Of a DNA stretch of 27,857 nt, positions 1 to 9,861 are shown in pieces. This stretch comes from a virus (Duplodnaviria > Caudoviricetes), in IMG/VR virus record IMGVR_UViG_3300035049_000578, positions 1-27,857 of that record; one strand, 5' to 3'. The notes below the pieces were generated by a model. That model ran no database searches and was not told where the DNA came from. It worked only from the letters and a program-made list of their open reading frames with translations. A program made the translations under genes and the position numbers. Position 1 is the stretch's first letter; each line of letters opens with the position of its first letter.

Positions 1-266
1 AGTCTGGCAAGCCCGTAAAACTCTCCAAGATAATCCAGCACAGACCCATCAGCATAATAAAGTAAATTCCCTTTGCCTGTATTGTTGATCACCACCCGCT
101 GCTGGGCAATTATTGCCGCCAACCCTGCCAAAAACAGCCGGACCGGGTCTCCATCCGCCAGAGAAACCCCTACAAGTCCCTCGTATACAGTGATTACATC
201 AGCCTCTACGGTTTCAGTGTCGGTCTCGCAAAAACTAACATCCGGCAAATCCGTTACATTACTCAA
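1..266 (-). CDS. Baseplate J-like protein, N-terminal part (runs off the window edge)
   Basis: Read by hand: TTG start after GGAGGGG gives MSNVTDLPDVSFCETDTETVEADVITVYEGLVGVSLADGDPVRLFL...NLLYYADGSVLDYLGEFYGLAR, typical of the gpJ N-terminus; follows the gp25-like gene. Confidence 0.85.
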   Translation of the reverse strand, partial: MSNVTDLPDVSFCETDTETVEADVITVYEGLVGVSLADGDPVRLFLAGLAAIIAQQRVVINNTGKGNLLYYADGSVLDYLGEFYGLAR

Positions 267-597
267 TTTCAATCCCCTCCTTTATCCGTATGCGTACCCC
301 CGGTATCACTTTGCCTTCCCCAGCATTTGACGCCGTTTCTTTCCATATCAGCTTCACTACCTCCACCCGGGGTTCGTATTTCTTTATCGCCTGTACAACC
401 TGTGCAGCAAACAGCGCCCGGGCGGCCCGGACAGGGGCATCAATGAACGCCGGGTCAAGCCCGAAATCACGATCAAGTGGCACTGTCCCTTTTACAGTTG
501 ACAAAATAGTTTTTACATTCTGAGCAATTTCCTTTACACCGGTTGCCCCGATTTCAATCTCTTCAAGCGTTGCCAGCACATCAATGGTACTTGCCAT
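259..597 (-). CDS. Baseplate wedge protein, GPW/gp25 family
   Basis: ILST.KGTVPLDRDFG and AIKKYEPRV motifs. Confidence 0.9.
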   Translation of the reverse strand: MASTIDVLATLEEIEIGATGVKEIAQNVKTILSTVKGTVPLDRDFGLDPAFIDAPVRAARALFAAQVVQAIKKYEPRVEVVKLIWKETASNAGEGKVIPGVRIRIKEGIEIE

Positions 598-599
598 CC

Positions 600-983
600 T
601 TATATATACTCCCTCAAACTCAACGCCAGTTCAGCCACCAGCAGGTTTCCAAGATTGTCAACATTGGTCCAGGATTCCTCCAATCTCACCAGGACAAAAT
701 CTCCCAGAAAAACTTCACCAACGATCAAAGGCCGGGCTTCACCAGCGGCCAACATTCTGCGCATCATCCGGACCTGTTCTGCTGGATCAACCCCAAGGCT
801 TATATCCAGGCGCACGGAAAACTGAATTTCATCCAGCGACACGCCCGTGAATTGTAACCGTGGCTTGTCATCCAGAACGGCATGCTCGGCAAAATTCGCC
901 TCTCCGGACCGCGTAAACCCGGCAAAGGTCAACACCTGTTCCCTGCTGACCTCAAAAACAATATCCGCAAAAGTGCCGATCAT
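600..983 (-). CDS. P2 GpU-like tail protein
   Basis: MIG.F.DIVFEVS, EH.V...KPRLQFTG, C-terminal LSLREY. Confidence 0.88.
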   Translation of the reverse strand: MIGTFADIVFEVSREQVLTFAGFTRSGEANFAEHAVLDDKPRLQFTGVSLDEIQFSVRLDISLGVDPAEQVRMMRRMLAAGEARPLIVGEVFLGDFVLVRLEESWTNVDNLGNLLVAELALSLREYI

Positions 984-994
984 CTTTTCCTACC

Positions 995-1636
995 TCAATG
1001 AGTGTGATGGTTCGTGTTGCCACCGGTATCTGTAATTGATCCTGTGGCGGATATGCTGCCTGATACAGCCAAATCCCCGGAAAAAGACGACCCGCCTGAA
1101 GCACTGATAGCCCCTGTGATCTGAGTTTGCCCGGTGATTTTTACAAGAGGGGCTGCAATCTGCACCACGGTTCCGCCCTTGACGTCCACCATGGTTCCGG
1201 CAGAAACAGCCACCTGGCCGGTTGCCGTCAACTCAACATCCCCTGCCACACTTCCTGTCAATTTATGCGCGGCCCTGTCATACTCAAGAGACGTTCCGTC
1301 CTTAAACAGGATGTGAGTCTTATCTTTGCTTGCCACCGGCACGGTATCTGCCCCGGAAAAAAAAGCACCAAGGACAAATCCCTGTGACAACCCCAGGGGA
1401 AGAAACAGACATAACACCTGCTCACCAACATCAGGCATGGCATAATATTTGTCATCCTGGGATTTTGGGACCAGCACCGGCAAAGAATACGAAATAATTC
1501 CGTCTGCATCTGCCATTGATACCCGCACAGTTCCGTCATCCACATTAACGCTTTCAACCGTGCCCACCCGGACAAGCTGATTCAGCCGCGCCTCAAGTTC
1601 GATTACCCGTTGTTCAATATCGTACATAGTCACCAC
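995..1636 (-). CDS. Baseplate assembly/spike protein V
   Basis: VRVGTV, P.VGEQV.C, F.DGT.LEYDR, C-terminal NHHTH metal-binding tip. Confidence 0.93.
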   Translation of the reverse strand: MVTMYDIEQRVIELEARLNQLVRVGTVESVNVDDGTVRVSMADADGIISYSLPVLVPKSQDDKYYAMPDVGEQVLCLFLPLGLSQGFVLGAFFSGADTVPVASKDKTHILFKDGTSLEYDRAAHKLTGSVAGDVELTATGQVAVSAGTMVDVKGGTVVQIAAPLVKITGQTQITGAISASGGSSFSGDLAVSGSISATGSITDTGGNTNHHTH

Positions 1637-2646
1637 CCCAAGGTTTTACGAGCCTTGACAGCGGTCTGATAACCGGCTCCACGGCTATATGTATGGCTGG
1701 ATTCTTCAATCAGATATTTACCGTCAAAGGCTCCAAACCCAGCCACTGTAATCGTCAAACCCGCCTGAAAATCAGGATCTCCCATAATGGTAAAATCCGC
1801 TGTGATCTCCTGGCGGTTTTTTCTCCGCAGCGCCCCCTTGGCTCTTTTCTGGGCCTGGGCCAAGGATTCCACCCGCTGGTTGACTTGCAGTGTCTGCCCG
1901 ACATCCGGCGCATTCGGCGGTGTAAACGTATATGTCTGTTCCTGCTTTTTCACAGGATCAAAATATTTGATTTTACATGCCTTATAGACATCAAAGGTCT
2001 TTGTTTCAAAAGAGTATTGAGATAAAAAAGAGACGCCCCTTTGCAGGGTGGCGACAGGGGACAGGTCCTCCAGGTTTTTTCCCGTGGAAATGACAATCTT
2101 TTCACCCGTCACCTTCAGATTCAAATCTTCGTCCTTGCACAAGCGATTTAAAAAAGCCAGGTCTGACTCTTCTCGCTGATCCTCCCGGGTGTATGACGGC
2201 GGATCATCCGCATCAATCCACAAACTCAGGCTGTGGGCCTCTGCAATATCCGCTGCAATCTGCGGCAGGGTCATATTTTCCCATGCCCGGCATTTTTTCT
2301 CTCGCTTAAAATTCTTTGTGGTCAGGCTGGACACGCCCTTGATAGTCACCGTGTCCGGCGGCCCAGCCGCTGTAATTTCATCAATTGAAAAGGTGCCGCA
2401 ATTCAGACTTTTTTTCTGCCCTGAAAAATCTGTCTTGATGGCCGCCTTCAAAGTGGCCCCCTTTGACGGAAACCATGATCCGGTCCAGTTGCCTGAAATA
2501 TTCTCCAGATTCACCTGCAAATCATCGGCCTTGCCACCCAAAGCAGATGTTACGGTAAAGCCGGTCAAATAAGAGGAGACATCCGCAGATATATCCACCC
2601 CGTCATAAGTCAGTTTCAGCGCTGCCGTGCGGATCATCTCTCCCAT
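1630..2646 (-). CDS. Late control D / baseplate hub protein (GpD-like)
   Basis: G.F.IDEI...GPPD, Q..ESDL.FL.RL, FG.FDGKY.I. Confidence 0.92.
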   Translation of the reverse strand: MGEMIRTAALKLTYDGVDISADVSSYLTGFTVTSALGGKADDLQVNLENISGNWTGSWFPSKGATLKAAIKTDFSGQKKSLNCGTFSIDEITAAGPPDTVTIKGVSSLTTKNFKREKKCRAWENMTLPQIAADIAEAHSLSLWIDADDPPSYTREDQREESDLAFLNRLCKDEDLNLKVTGEKIVISTGKNLEDLSPVATLQRGVSFLSQYSFETKTFDVYKACKIKYFDPVKKQEQTYTFTPPNAPDVGQTLQVNQRVESLAQAQKRAKGALRRKNRQEITADFTIMGDPDFQAGLTITVAGFGAFDGKYLIEESSHTYSRGAGYQTAVKARKTLGW

Positions 2647-2843
2647 GGCGGCAGGCTCCCGTTATCAATATCTGTTTCGTCAATATCCGGGACAACAAGG
2701 ACCGTTCCTGCGGAAAAGATAAACACATTGGCCTGGCCAGGATTAGCCTCAATCAACTGATTCATCAGCACTTCCCTGCCCCACAACCGCTTTGCAATCC
2801 GGTCAAAGGTATCCCCATGTATGGTGGTGTAAGTACTACTCAT
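2634..2843 (-). CDS. Tail protein X (LysM-like)
   Basis: YTT..GDTFD.IA...G, L.EANP, terminal LPPW. Confidence 0.92.
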   Translation of the reverse strand: MSSTYTTIHGDTFDRIAKRLWGREVLMNQLIEANPGQANVFIFSAGTVLVVPDIDETDIDNGSLPPWER

Positions 2844-5097
2844 ACGCCAGCCGCCTTTCCCGGGCCAATTGCCGCCGGGAATCCATCACCCCGTTATTCA
2901 CACCGGCCTGCACCGCCCGTTTTGTTGATTCCGGGTCTGACCCCTGAGCATTGACGGTGACATTTATATTGTTGTTCTGGGAAACTGAATTGTTGGCCTG
3001 GACTGCCTTTGACAAGCCCGCTGACGCACTGTCAAGGGAAAACATAGCGTTTGCTTCATCCGCCGTGGCCCCTTTCACTTTTTTGTCATCGCCACCGAAG
3101 CCTGGTATAATATTCATCAGCTTTTTAGCAGCACCGAACATACCCTTGATTTTTTCCCACAAATCAACAAAGAATGTTCTCAACGGCTCCCAGTGCTTGA
3201 AAACCAGATTAGCACCTGCCGCGAATTGCCCGACACCTGGAATCAGCCAGGCGATTTTGCTGATAACCGTATCCCACAAATTGAAAAGAAACTGCTTGAT
3301 AGGCTCCCAGTTCTTATAAATAAGGTAAGCGGCACCGGCCAGGGCTGCCACCCCGGCGATCACCAGACCAATAGGATTGGCGTTCAAGGCAACATTCCAC
3401 GCCCACTGAAGTGCCGCCGCAAGTTTTGTTGCGATATTCAGCCCCTTTACCCAGATAATTGCCATCTTAATGGCGGCAAAGGTACTCATAAAACTGGTGA
3501 CGACATAAGTTGAAGCAAGGATCGCCACCTTGGCCCCGACAAACCCGGCAGCCAGAAGGCCAACCATGCGCGTTGCCACAGGAAACCGTTGTGTCAATGA
3601 TGTCATTACTCCGGCAATTTTAGTCAACCCGGCGGTGATATCCTGCACCACAGGTAAAAACAGAGTGGCCGCTGAAATCTGCAACCCTTCCATAGCGGAT
3701 GCGAACCGGCGCATTGCCCCCATGGTGGTATTCTCCATCTCATCGGCAATTTTTTTGCTTGCCCCTTTACTGTCCGTGACAAGATTTATTTTAGCCAGGA
3801 TGTCGCCAGAACTTGATTTATTAAGCAATTCAGCCATGGCTGATGCCGGCTTGATCCCAAAAATATCTCTAATGTATCCAAGTTTGTCAGCAGACCCCAT
3901 CCCTTCCATAGCCTTCGCCAAGTCCGCAAAAATACCGGGAATATTTCTTAAATTACCTTCCGCGTCTGTGGTCTCAACATTTAATACAGCCAAGGCATCC
4001 GCCGCTGCTTTAGGTGGTGCTGACAAGCGGATCAACGACGCCCTTAAAGCCGTTCCGGCCTCAGACCCCTTGATACCTACATCGCCCAACAACCCAGCCA
4101 TGGCCGCCGCCTCCTGGAGAGACACACCGGCAGAAGCGGCAGCCGGGCCAACATACTTCATAGTCTCGCCCAGCAACTCCAGAGTGGTATTACTGGTGGT
4201 GAATGTTTTTGTCAGCACATCTCCCAGCATTCCCATGTCTTCAGCCTTTAACCGAAACGCGGACAGCATGTCCGATGCAATATCAGACGATAGTGCCAAA
4301 TCCGTATTGCCGGCACGGGCAAGATTCAACACCCCTGGCATGGCAGCAATTGTCTCATTGGTTTTAAACCCTGCCATGGCAAGGTATTTCATACCAGCTG
4401 CCGCTTCGCTGGCAGTAAATGATGTGGTGGCCCCAAGCCGCTTGGCTGTCTCTTCCATGGCCCTGAATTCATTGCTCGTTGCCCCCGATATAGCCTTAAC
4501 CTCGGCCATTGCCTGCTCAAAATCAGCGGCCACTTTCAAAGGAGCCGCCAGGGCCATAACCGGTAAAGCCGCTCCGATAATCTGCCCGCCGATTTCAGAC
4601 CGCCGGTTGTCCGCGCCCTGCTTCATGGTCATGGCTGACTGAAGCTTTGCCTGGGCCTTCCTGGCCTTTTCCGTCTTTTTGGCAAGCTTTTCCTGGGCCG
4701 CCGCAAGTTTACTGGTAGAAACCCCGGCAGCGGATAAAGACTGTCTCAACCCGCCCAGTTCCCGCCGTTCACTCTTCAGCCGGTTTTCAAGCCGGTTCAC
4801 TGTCAGCGCCGCCGCCGCAAGCTTGTTTGACATGGCTTTTGACGGCGGACCAGCATTCACCATCTCTTTTTTCAGCCCGGCAAAATGCTCCCTGGCCCTC
4901 ACCAGCTCCGTGGATGTAACAGACAACCCTTTCTGCAATTTGGAAAACTGCCCGGCCTGGGCCTGGATTTTATCCATGGCCCGGATCCGCCCGGAAAGCA
5001 CCCCTACTTGCTTTGACGCACGGGTCATGGTAGATTGATAGGTGGAGCCAAGAGCGGCCCCGATGGAAAAGACAACACCGAAAGTTTTAGCACCCAT
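2836..5097 (-). CDS. Tail tape measure protein (TP901-type core)
   Basis: 753 aa, Ala-rich, LGATT.FTASEAA.GM, G.L.D.GIKGSEAGT, ANPIG and W..I repeats. Confidence 0.96.
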   Translation of the reverse strand: MGAKTFGVVFSIGAALGSTYQSTMTRASKQVGVLSGRIRAMDKIQAQAGQFSKLQKGLSVTSTELVRAREHFAGLKKEMVNAGPPSKAMSNKLAAAALTVNRLENRLKSERRELGGLRQSLSAAGVSTSKLAAAQEKLAKKTEKARKAQAKLQSAMTMKQGADNRRSEIGGQIIGAALPVMALAAPLKVAADFEQAMAEVKAISGATSNEFRAMEETAKRLGATTSFTASEAAAGMKYLAMAGFKTNETIAAMPGVLNLARAGNTDLALSSDIASDMLSAFRLKAEDMGMLGDVLTKTFTTSNTTLELLGETMKYVGPAAASAGVSLQEAAAMAGLLGDVGIKGSEAGTALRASLIRLSAPPKAAADALAVLNVETTDAEGNLRNIPGIFADLAKAMEGMGSADKLGYIRDIFGIKPASAMAELLNKSSSGDILAKINLVTDSKGASKKIADEMENTTMGAMRRFASAMEGLQISAATLFLPVVQDITAGLTKIAGVMTSLTQRFPVATRMVGLLAAGFVGAKVAILASTYVVTSFMSTFAAIKMAIIWVKGLNIATKLAAALQWAWNVALNANPIGLVIAGVAALAGAAYLIYKNWEPIKQFLFNLWDTVISKIAWLIPGVGQFAAGANLVFKHWEPLRTFFVDLWEKIKGMFGAAKKLMNIIPGFGGDDKKVKGATADEANAMFSLDSASAGLSKAVQANNSVSQNNNINVTVNAQGSDPESTKRAVQAGVNNGVMDSRRQLARERRLAYE
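5008..5036 (+). promoter_or_regulatory. Putative sigma70 promoter for the antisense membrane-protein gene
   Basis: TTGCTT-17 bp-TAGATT with TGn extension, inside the 5' end of the tape measure gene. Confidence 0.4.
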
Positions 5098-5108
5098 GGA
5101 GGAACCTC

Positions 5109-5357
5109 ATGAAAAAATCAGTCATAAAGATTTTATGTACCTCAACCGCATGGACCATGCTGTTCTCCTGTCTTGTCTGGGTAATGCTGATAAAAGATGT
5201 TCTGATCGAAGTATTTGCAGGATCAACAGCCCCTGCCGTGGATCAGATATTTACAACGCTGTTCTTCGGCGTACTGACAGGTGCCGCATGCGCCGTTCCC
5301 GGTAAACTTGCGGCCCTCACTTTCTCGACCCTGTTCAACAGGGAATTCACTGTTTAG
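5109..5357 (+). CDS. Small two-helix membrane protein, moron-like, opposite to the tail operon
   Basis: GGAGG RBS, two hydrophobic segments, fills the gap between chaperone extension and tape measure. Confidence 0.65.
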   Translation: MKKSVIKILCTSTAWTMLFSCLVWVMLIKDVLIEVFAGSTAPAVDQIFTTLFFGVLTGAACAVPGKLAALTFSTLFNREFTV

Positions 5358-5490
5358 CGGCTTTGGCCGCCACATCCGCCCACTTCGACAATTCCGGCAA
5401 GGTCAAATCAAGCCAGAACTCAACCCCGCCGCCGGTGAGCATGGCAAGCTGGACACAGATCCTGCGCAGCTTGCCGGGGTCTACAAAAAA
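5347..5490 (-). CDS. -1 frameshift extension of the tail chaperone (GpE'-like)
   Basis: T TTT TTG slippery site just before the TAG stop; -1 frame reads FVDPGKLRRICVQLAMLTGGGVEFWLDLTLPELSKWADVAAKAAKQ*. Confidence 0.8.
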   Translation of the reverse strand, partial: FFVDPGKLRRICVQLAMLTGGGVEFWLDLTLPELSKWADVAAKAAKQ

Positions 5491-5741
5491 GCACTCACCT
5501 TTTCCGACAACGCCACATAGTCCGAAAGATCCATCTCTTTCAGGGCTTCCGGCTCCAGCCCCGTGGCACTGGAAATAATATACAGGGTCTGGGTGGCAGG
5601 CCCGGGAGAAACAATCCCCCGCGCCGCCATCTCAGCTTCGCATGTCAGCAAGTCTTTTGTTTTCAACCGCCCGTTAAAATCAACGGTCTCAATGGTCTTT
5701 CCCTCATATTCAAAAGGGTGTTTCAGAGTAATGGTTTCCAT
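5481..5741 (-). CDS. Tail assembly chaperone (GpE/gp41-like)
   Basis: ITLKHP, L..MDL.DY motif; lies between tube and tape measure. Confidence 0.9.
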   Translation of the reverse strand: METITLKHPFEYEGKTIETVDFNGRLKTKDLLTCEAEMAARGIVSPGPATQTLYIISSATGLEPEALKEMDLSDYVALSEKVSAFL

Positions 5742-5744
5742 TTT

Positions 5745-6272
5745 TTACATCCCCAGCCCAAGGGCTTCTCTGGTTTCAGCCAAGAAATCAATGCCGTTGA
5801 TAACGCAGATAAAGTTGAATTTATCAATCTCCAGACGGGAAATTCCACCGATGGAAACCTTGATATAGGACACTTCAAACTCCGAACTGCTGTCCTGTGT
5901 GGCCCCGGTATCCATTTTCCCAAGCCCGATCTTTTTTGGATTTGCCTTGACCACAATCTTCTGGGCCTGGGTAGAGTATGTGCCGCTTGCCGCATCATAT
6001 ATCTGCACCGCCCCGCGCAGCTCCAGATGATGAGCCACTGGGGTCGCCAGCAGCATCAGGTTGCCGGACACCGTGCGCCAGTTCAGAGTCATAGACATGG
6101 AGCTGTAATGGCCCACAACAGGCGTGTCAATTTCACCCGCAATCCCGGCGCCCTTGACCGTATCCGTCATGGCTTCGATATCGGGCAGATCCACATCCGC
6201 CATGCCAAGCAGATCCACCCCGTCCAGGTATACCCGGTAGCTTGACAGCCGCTCCTGTATTTTATTTGACAT
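5745..6272 (-). CDS. Major tail tube protein (FII-like)
   Basis: G.ADV.LP, GAGIAGEI, EIDK.N.I..ING.D.L. Confidence 0.95.
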   Translation of the reverse strand: MSNKIQERLSSYRVYLDGVDLLGMADVDLPDIEAMTDTVKGAGIAGEIDTPVVGHYSSMSMTLNWRTVSGNLMLLATPVAHHLELRGAVQIYDAASGTYSTQAQKIVVKANPKKIGLGKMDTGATQDSSSEFEVSYIKVSIGGISRLEIDKFNFICVINGIDFLAETREALGLGM

Positions 6273-6294
6273 GTTTCAAACCTCCTTACCGTGT

Positions 6295-7731
6295 TTATCC
6301 AAACAGGGTTTCAATGTAATCCGGGTCATACTCAAGGACGAACTCAATCTCCCGGGCAGGGCTCGGCGGTGTCACGTAAACATGGAAAGTGATAATGCCG
6401 TCCATAAGATCGGTCACCGCGTTCTCATCCTCCTGGAACTCCACCCGGCCACCCAGAATATACTGCCGGGCGGCAAGGCCGTTGAGCCAGATGTTGAGCG
6501 AATCAACAATGGTCTCAATCAGCCGCCGGTTGATCGGCGCGTCCACCTTCTGCCAGTAAGTCAGGATAATGGTGTTTGCAATCCAGTTGAACATGCGCCG
6601 GATGGGGATAAAGGCGTCTTTGACATCCGTGGTGGCAGGGTAACACCCGGTACGGTTCCCCCAAGCTACCCAGCCGCCATAAAAATTCAAGGCAGTGACA
6701 ATGCCCTGGCCGTTGAGATACGCCGCAGAATCCGGACCCAGCCACACCTCGTCCCCGTTCGCCACCGCCGAGTCCATCTGAAGACTCTTGTTTGACGGGG
6801 AGACATACGGCACATCGTTGTTGTCCGAATCGGTCTGACAGATCAGGGCAGCCAACTGTGATGACAGCCAGAACTCCTTGCCGTCCAGGGCCACCTTGGG
6901 CCAACACACAACCAACTGATTGTCCGTCAGGTTGTTGCTGTTTTTCTCGGCTGACACCTCGTCATATTTTGTCACGGTGTCGGAATCAATATCCACCAGG
7001 GCGATGCACTTGAAATGCCCGTTGATATTTCCGGCCTTGGCATGCATGACCGCCGCCACACCGGAGTTCACAGAATATCCCGGGGAAACAATCTGCCCGG
7101 GAACCAGCCCGAACATGGGAAATACGGAATCCACCAGCTCAAGACCGGTTGAGGCCCCTGTGGTGCCGTCAATCCCGCCGATGATATCATCGGTTGTCAC
7201 CTGGCTTGGATCTCCATAGGTATATGAGACGCTCAGGTTTGCATCTTCGGCAATGGACCCGCCGGAAATAAGCGTGATTTCCCCTGTGGACCGGTCAACC
7301 GTATAATCGGTATCTTCCACATAAGTGGTTGTCTTGGTGGAATCCTTCACCACAAGAGTTCCGGAGATAATGCCGTAATGGGCAACCACCCCCTCATCAC
7401 CATCCAGACTGACCACTTCATCATCCACATCCGTCTGGTGTTCATCCGGATCAAACACGTTGACAAAAACCACGGGAGACACTGAAAACAGCGCAAACAT
7501 GGCATACATGAATTCACACAAATTCCACTTTGCAAAATCGCTGGAATACCCGAACGTGGAGACAGCATCCTTGTAAGAATATATCAGCTTGGGCACATTC
7601 ACAGGCCCGTCAGCATCCAGAAAATGGATAGGCGCACACCCGACCACAACGGGCAGCCCGGCATCCACCGACGCCGCCGGAACAATACTGGTAGCCTGTT
7701 CAGAGACAGACACGCCATGGGAATAGGTCAT
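6295..7731 (-). CDS. Tail sheath protein (FI-like)
   Basis: Y.HGV, SPSNK, LN..GI.T, WGNRT, FIP.RR, PP.PA..I.F. Confidence 0.96.
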   Translation of the reverse strand: MTYSHGVSVSEQATSIVPAASVDAGLPVVVGCAPIHFLDADGPVNVPKLIYSYKDAVSTFGYSSDFAKWNLCEFMYAMFALFSVSPVVFVNVFDPDEHQTDVDDEVVSLDGDEGVVAHYGIISGTLVVKDSTKTTTYVEDTDYTVDRSTGEITLISGGSIAEDANLSVSYTYGDPSQVTTDDIIGGIDGTTGASTGLELVDSVFPMFGLVPGQIVSPGYSVNSGVAAVMHAKAGNINGHFKCIALVDIDSDTVTKYDEVSAEKNSNNLTDNQLVVCWPKVALDGKEFWLSSQLAALICQTDSDNNDVPYVSPSNKSLQMDSAVANGDEVWLGPDSAAYLNGQGIVTALNFYGGWVAWGNRTGCYPATTDVKDAFIPIRRMFNWIANTIILTYWQKVDAPINRRLIETIVDSLNIWLNGLAARQYILGGRVEFQEDENAVTDLMDGIITFHVYVTPPSPAREIEFVLEYDPDYIETLFG

Positions 7732-8087
7732 GATTTACCCCCTTTCCTGCTGGCCTGGTAGGCAGCAATCACCGCCTGATAGGCTTTCCCCAGCACACTG
7801 GTTTTATTTTCGATCTGCAAACGGGCCACCGCCAGATCCGCCACCGGGACAAACAGCTTTGCAAAAGCCTCGTCCTCATCACAACGGGCCTGCACAAACT
7901 TAGGCAGCCCCCCGCTGTAAATCCTGAACCGGGTCATGGGCAGCTCCCCGCCCATGTTCGGCCCCACATAAATAAGTTTTTCCTTTGCCACCGGCACCAC
8001 CTCCTGTTCTTCTGTTGTATCTTCCACGGCTTCGTCCGTTTCAACCGTTTCCGCATCGACCGAAACGGCATCATCCAAAGTTTCCAT
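7728..8087 (-). CDS. Conserved-type phage protein upstream of sheath
   Basis: IYVGPN and LFVPV motifs; start placed at METLDD (8087), overlapping the previous gene. Confidence 0.7.
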   Translation of the reverse strand: METLDDAVSVDAETVETDEAVEDTTEEQEVVPVAKEKLIYVGPNMGGELPMTRFRIYSGGLPKFVQARCDEDEAFAKLFVPVADLAVARLQIENKTSVLGKAYQAVIAAYQASRKGGKS

Positions 8088-8598
8088 AAACACCTGTCTC
8101 CTCATCAACGGGACAGACCCGGTCAAACGCCGGAACCTGCCATTTTGTTTTAATCACGCCTTCGTAGTAAGGATGCGGCTGGGCATGATGCCCGCGCTCA
8201 TCCCCCAGGGAATAAGTCAGGGGCCAGTCCAGCAGAAACCGGCCAGACAGGATCTGTGATTCAAGAATCACCCGCCTGCACCGCATCACCATGTTCATGA
8301 TGTCATTCTCGCCGGGCTCAACCCCCTGGGCCGTATAAATGCCGCACAGGATCTCGACACTGGCAATGGATTCATCCTGCCGGTCCTCACCGGATGCTGC
8401 CCGGATAACGATATACGGGTAATCACTTTGACGCTCATCGTTGCCCGGGTCATTGCCCTTGCGCCTGGCAGGTATGGCCCCTATAAAAAACTGCGGGGCC
8501 GAATACTCGCCGGGGTCTGATTCCGTATGGCGAAACCGCACATGCTCAAAACCTTTTTCCAACAAATCTTTAACTGCCAGTACAAGTTCAAAGGACAT
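8071..8598 (-). CDS. Probable tail terminator/completion protein
   Basis: YPYIVIR, QPHPYY motifs; position. Confidence 0.65.
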   Translation of the reverse strand: MSFELVLAVKDLLEKGFEHVRFRHTESDPGEYSAPQFFIGAIPARRKGNDPGNDERQSDYPYIVIRAASGEDRQDESIASVEILCGIYTAQGVEPGENDIMNMVMRCRRVILESQILSGRFLLDWPLTYSLGDERGHHAQPHPYYEGVIKTKWQVPAFDRVCPVDEETGVYGNFG

Positions 8599-9158
8599 TA
8601 TTTAACCCCCATCTCGCGGCCCATCTCATGGTCCAGATTCTTTTCAAATCTTGCCAGTGCGTTCTCCTGAAGCTTTGCCCGTACATTATCCCGGGCCACC
8701 ATCTGTGGCACGGCCAGTGAATATTTCTCTTCAATAGGTAAGGATGTCCCCCCGCTGCGCTGGAAAACCCCCACATGCCCGGACTTCATCCGGGCCACAA
8801 ATGCATGGGATACTGATTTTCTCTGTCCTTTTTTCACCATGACGCTGACACCCGCCTTTGGCCGCCGGGCTTCCGGCTTTGACGGCCTTGGAGCAAAACG
8901 GATCAACGGCAGCCTTGTCCCGGCCACATCCACAAACGCCTCAAGACTCCCTCGTGTAGCTTTTCGAACAGATAAAGCAGACCGAACCGTCTTTGCGTTG
9001 ACCGCGTACTCCTGCCGCACTTCCTTAACGACATCGGTACGCACCCCCGCCACGGTCCGATTCACAGACCGGGTAACAGCCTTCTTGGCTCTGGAACCAA
9101 AGGCATTCAAAAACCCCTCGGCCTTGTCCAGTCCCGTGCCTGTAATCTCAATCCTCAT
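8598..9158 (-). CDS. Minor tail/neck protein Z-like
   Basis: Basic; AF.A.M.SGH.GVF.R and LPIEE motifs. Confidence 0.8.
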   Translation of the reverse strand: MRIEITGTGLDKAEGFLNAFGSRAKKAVTRSVNRTVAGVRTDVVKEVRQEYAVNAKTVRSALSVRKATRGSLEAFVDVAGTRLPLIRFAPRPSKPEARRPKAGVSVMVKKGQRKSVSHAFVARMKSGHVGVFQRSGGTSLPIEEKYSLAVPQMVARDNVRAKLQENALARFEKNLDHEMGREMGVK

Positions 9159-9493
9159 GCCAGGAACCTTTCAAAATAGATATCATACTCATAATCAAGC
9201 CCAACAACCTTCTCCACCCGCCAGTAATCGCCATCATCCACCTTGGCGGCATCCAGGTTGAGCCTGATTTCATCCCCCACATCCGGGACCACCGCAAGGT
9301 CGGACCGGCGGACGGACACCAGCTTTCTGACCACATCCGTACCCGCGTCATAAGCCTTTGTCTCGACATCGGACACCAGGGCCGGGATCTGATCACCATC
9401 CCAGTCGATCAGCCGGTCCTGGCCATCCTCGCCGTACTGGTTAAAATCCAGCTCCGCCGCCCGTATTTCCTTAACGGTTGTCATGTTTATCAA
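9155..9493 (-). CDS. Probable head-tail joining protein
   Basis: Size, acidic beta-rich composition and position after the capsid cement gene. Confidence 0.6.
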   Translation of the reverse strand: MINMTTVKEIRAAELDFNQYGEDGQDRLIDWDGDQIPALVSDVETKAYDAGTDVVRKLVSVRRSDLAVVPDVGDEIRLNLDAAKVDDGDYWRVEKVVGLDYEYDIYFERFLA

Positions 9494-9843
9494 GCCGCAG
9501 CCACTTCAGCGGCACCGGCATTCAACAACACATCCACGCCCGCATCCGCACCGGCAGCCGCTGCAAACGCAACCCCGGCAAAGGTGTTGTCCGTGGACGT
9601 AGCCGTGATGTCACCGCTGGAATTCAGGTACACCTTGGCCCCCTGGGTAATCGCCTCACTGGCATTCTTGGGCAGCGTCCAGACCTCGGTCACTGCCACC
9701 GCTCCGGCATCACCCACGGCAATGTCCACCAGGGCCACGCCCACCAGGGTGCCGATAATCACCGCGTCCCCGGATGAGATGGCCGCACTGCCGCCGTTGG
9801 TATAATCAATCACATCGCCTTTCTGCACATGATTTGTTGCCAT
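9490..9843 (-). CDS. DUF2190-family capsid cement/decoration protein
   Basis: MATN.VQ.G..IDY, GVA..DIA.G..G, G.KVY. Confidence 0.9.
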   Translation of the reverse strand: MATNHVQKGDVIDYTNGGSAAISSGDAVIIGTLVGVALVDIAVGDAGAVAVTEVWTLPKNASEAITQGAKVYLNSSGDITATSTDNTFAGVAFAAAAGADAGVDVLLNAGAAEVAAA

Positions 9844-9861
9844 TTTTTAAACCCTCCTTAT

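Noticed and set aside
1357-1364. A8 run in the spike gene as a frameshift
   Set aside because: The gene stays in frame through the run
3530-4642. Long plus-strand ORF (likewise 19041-20162 and other shadow ORFs)
   Set aside because: Antisense shadows of well-supported genes, with no motifs
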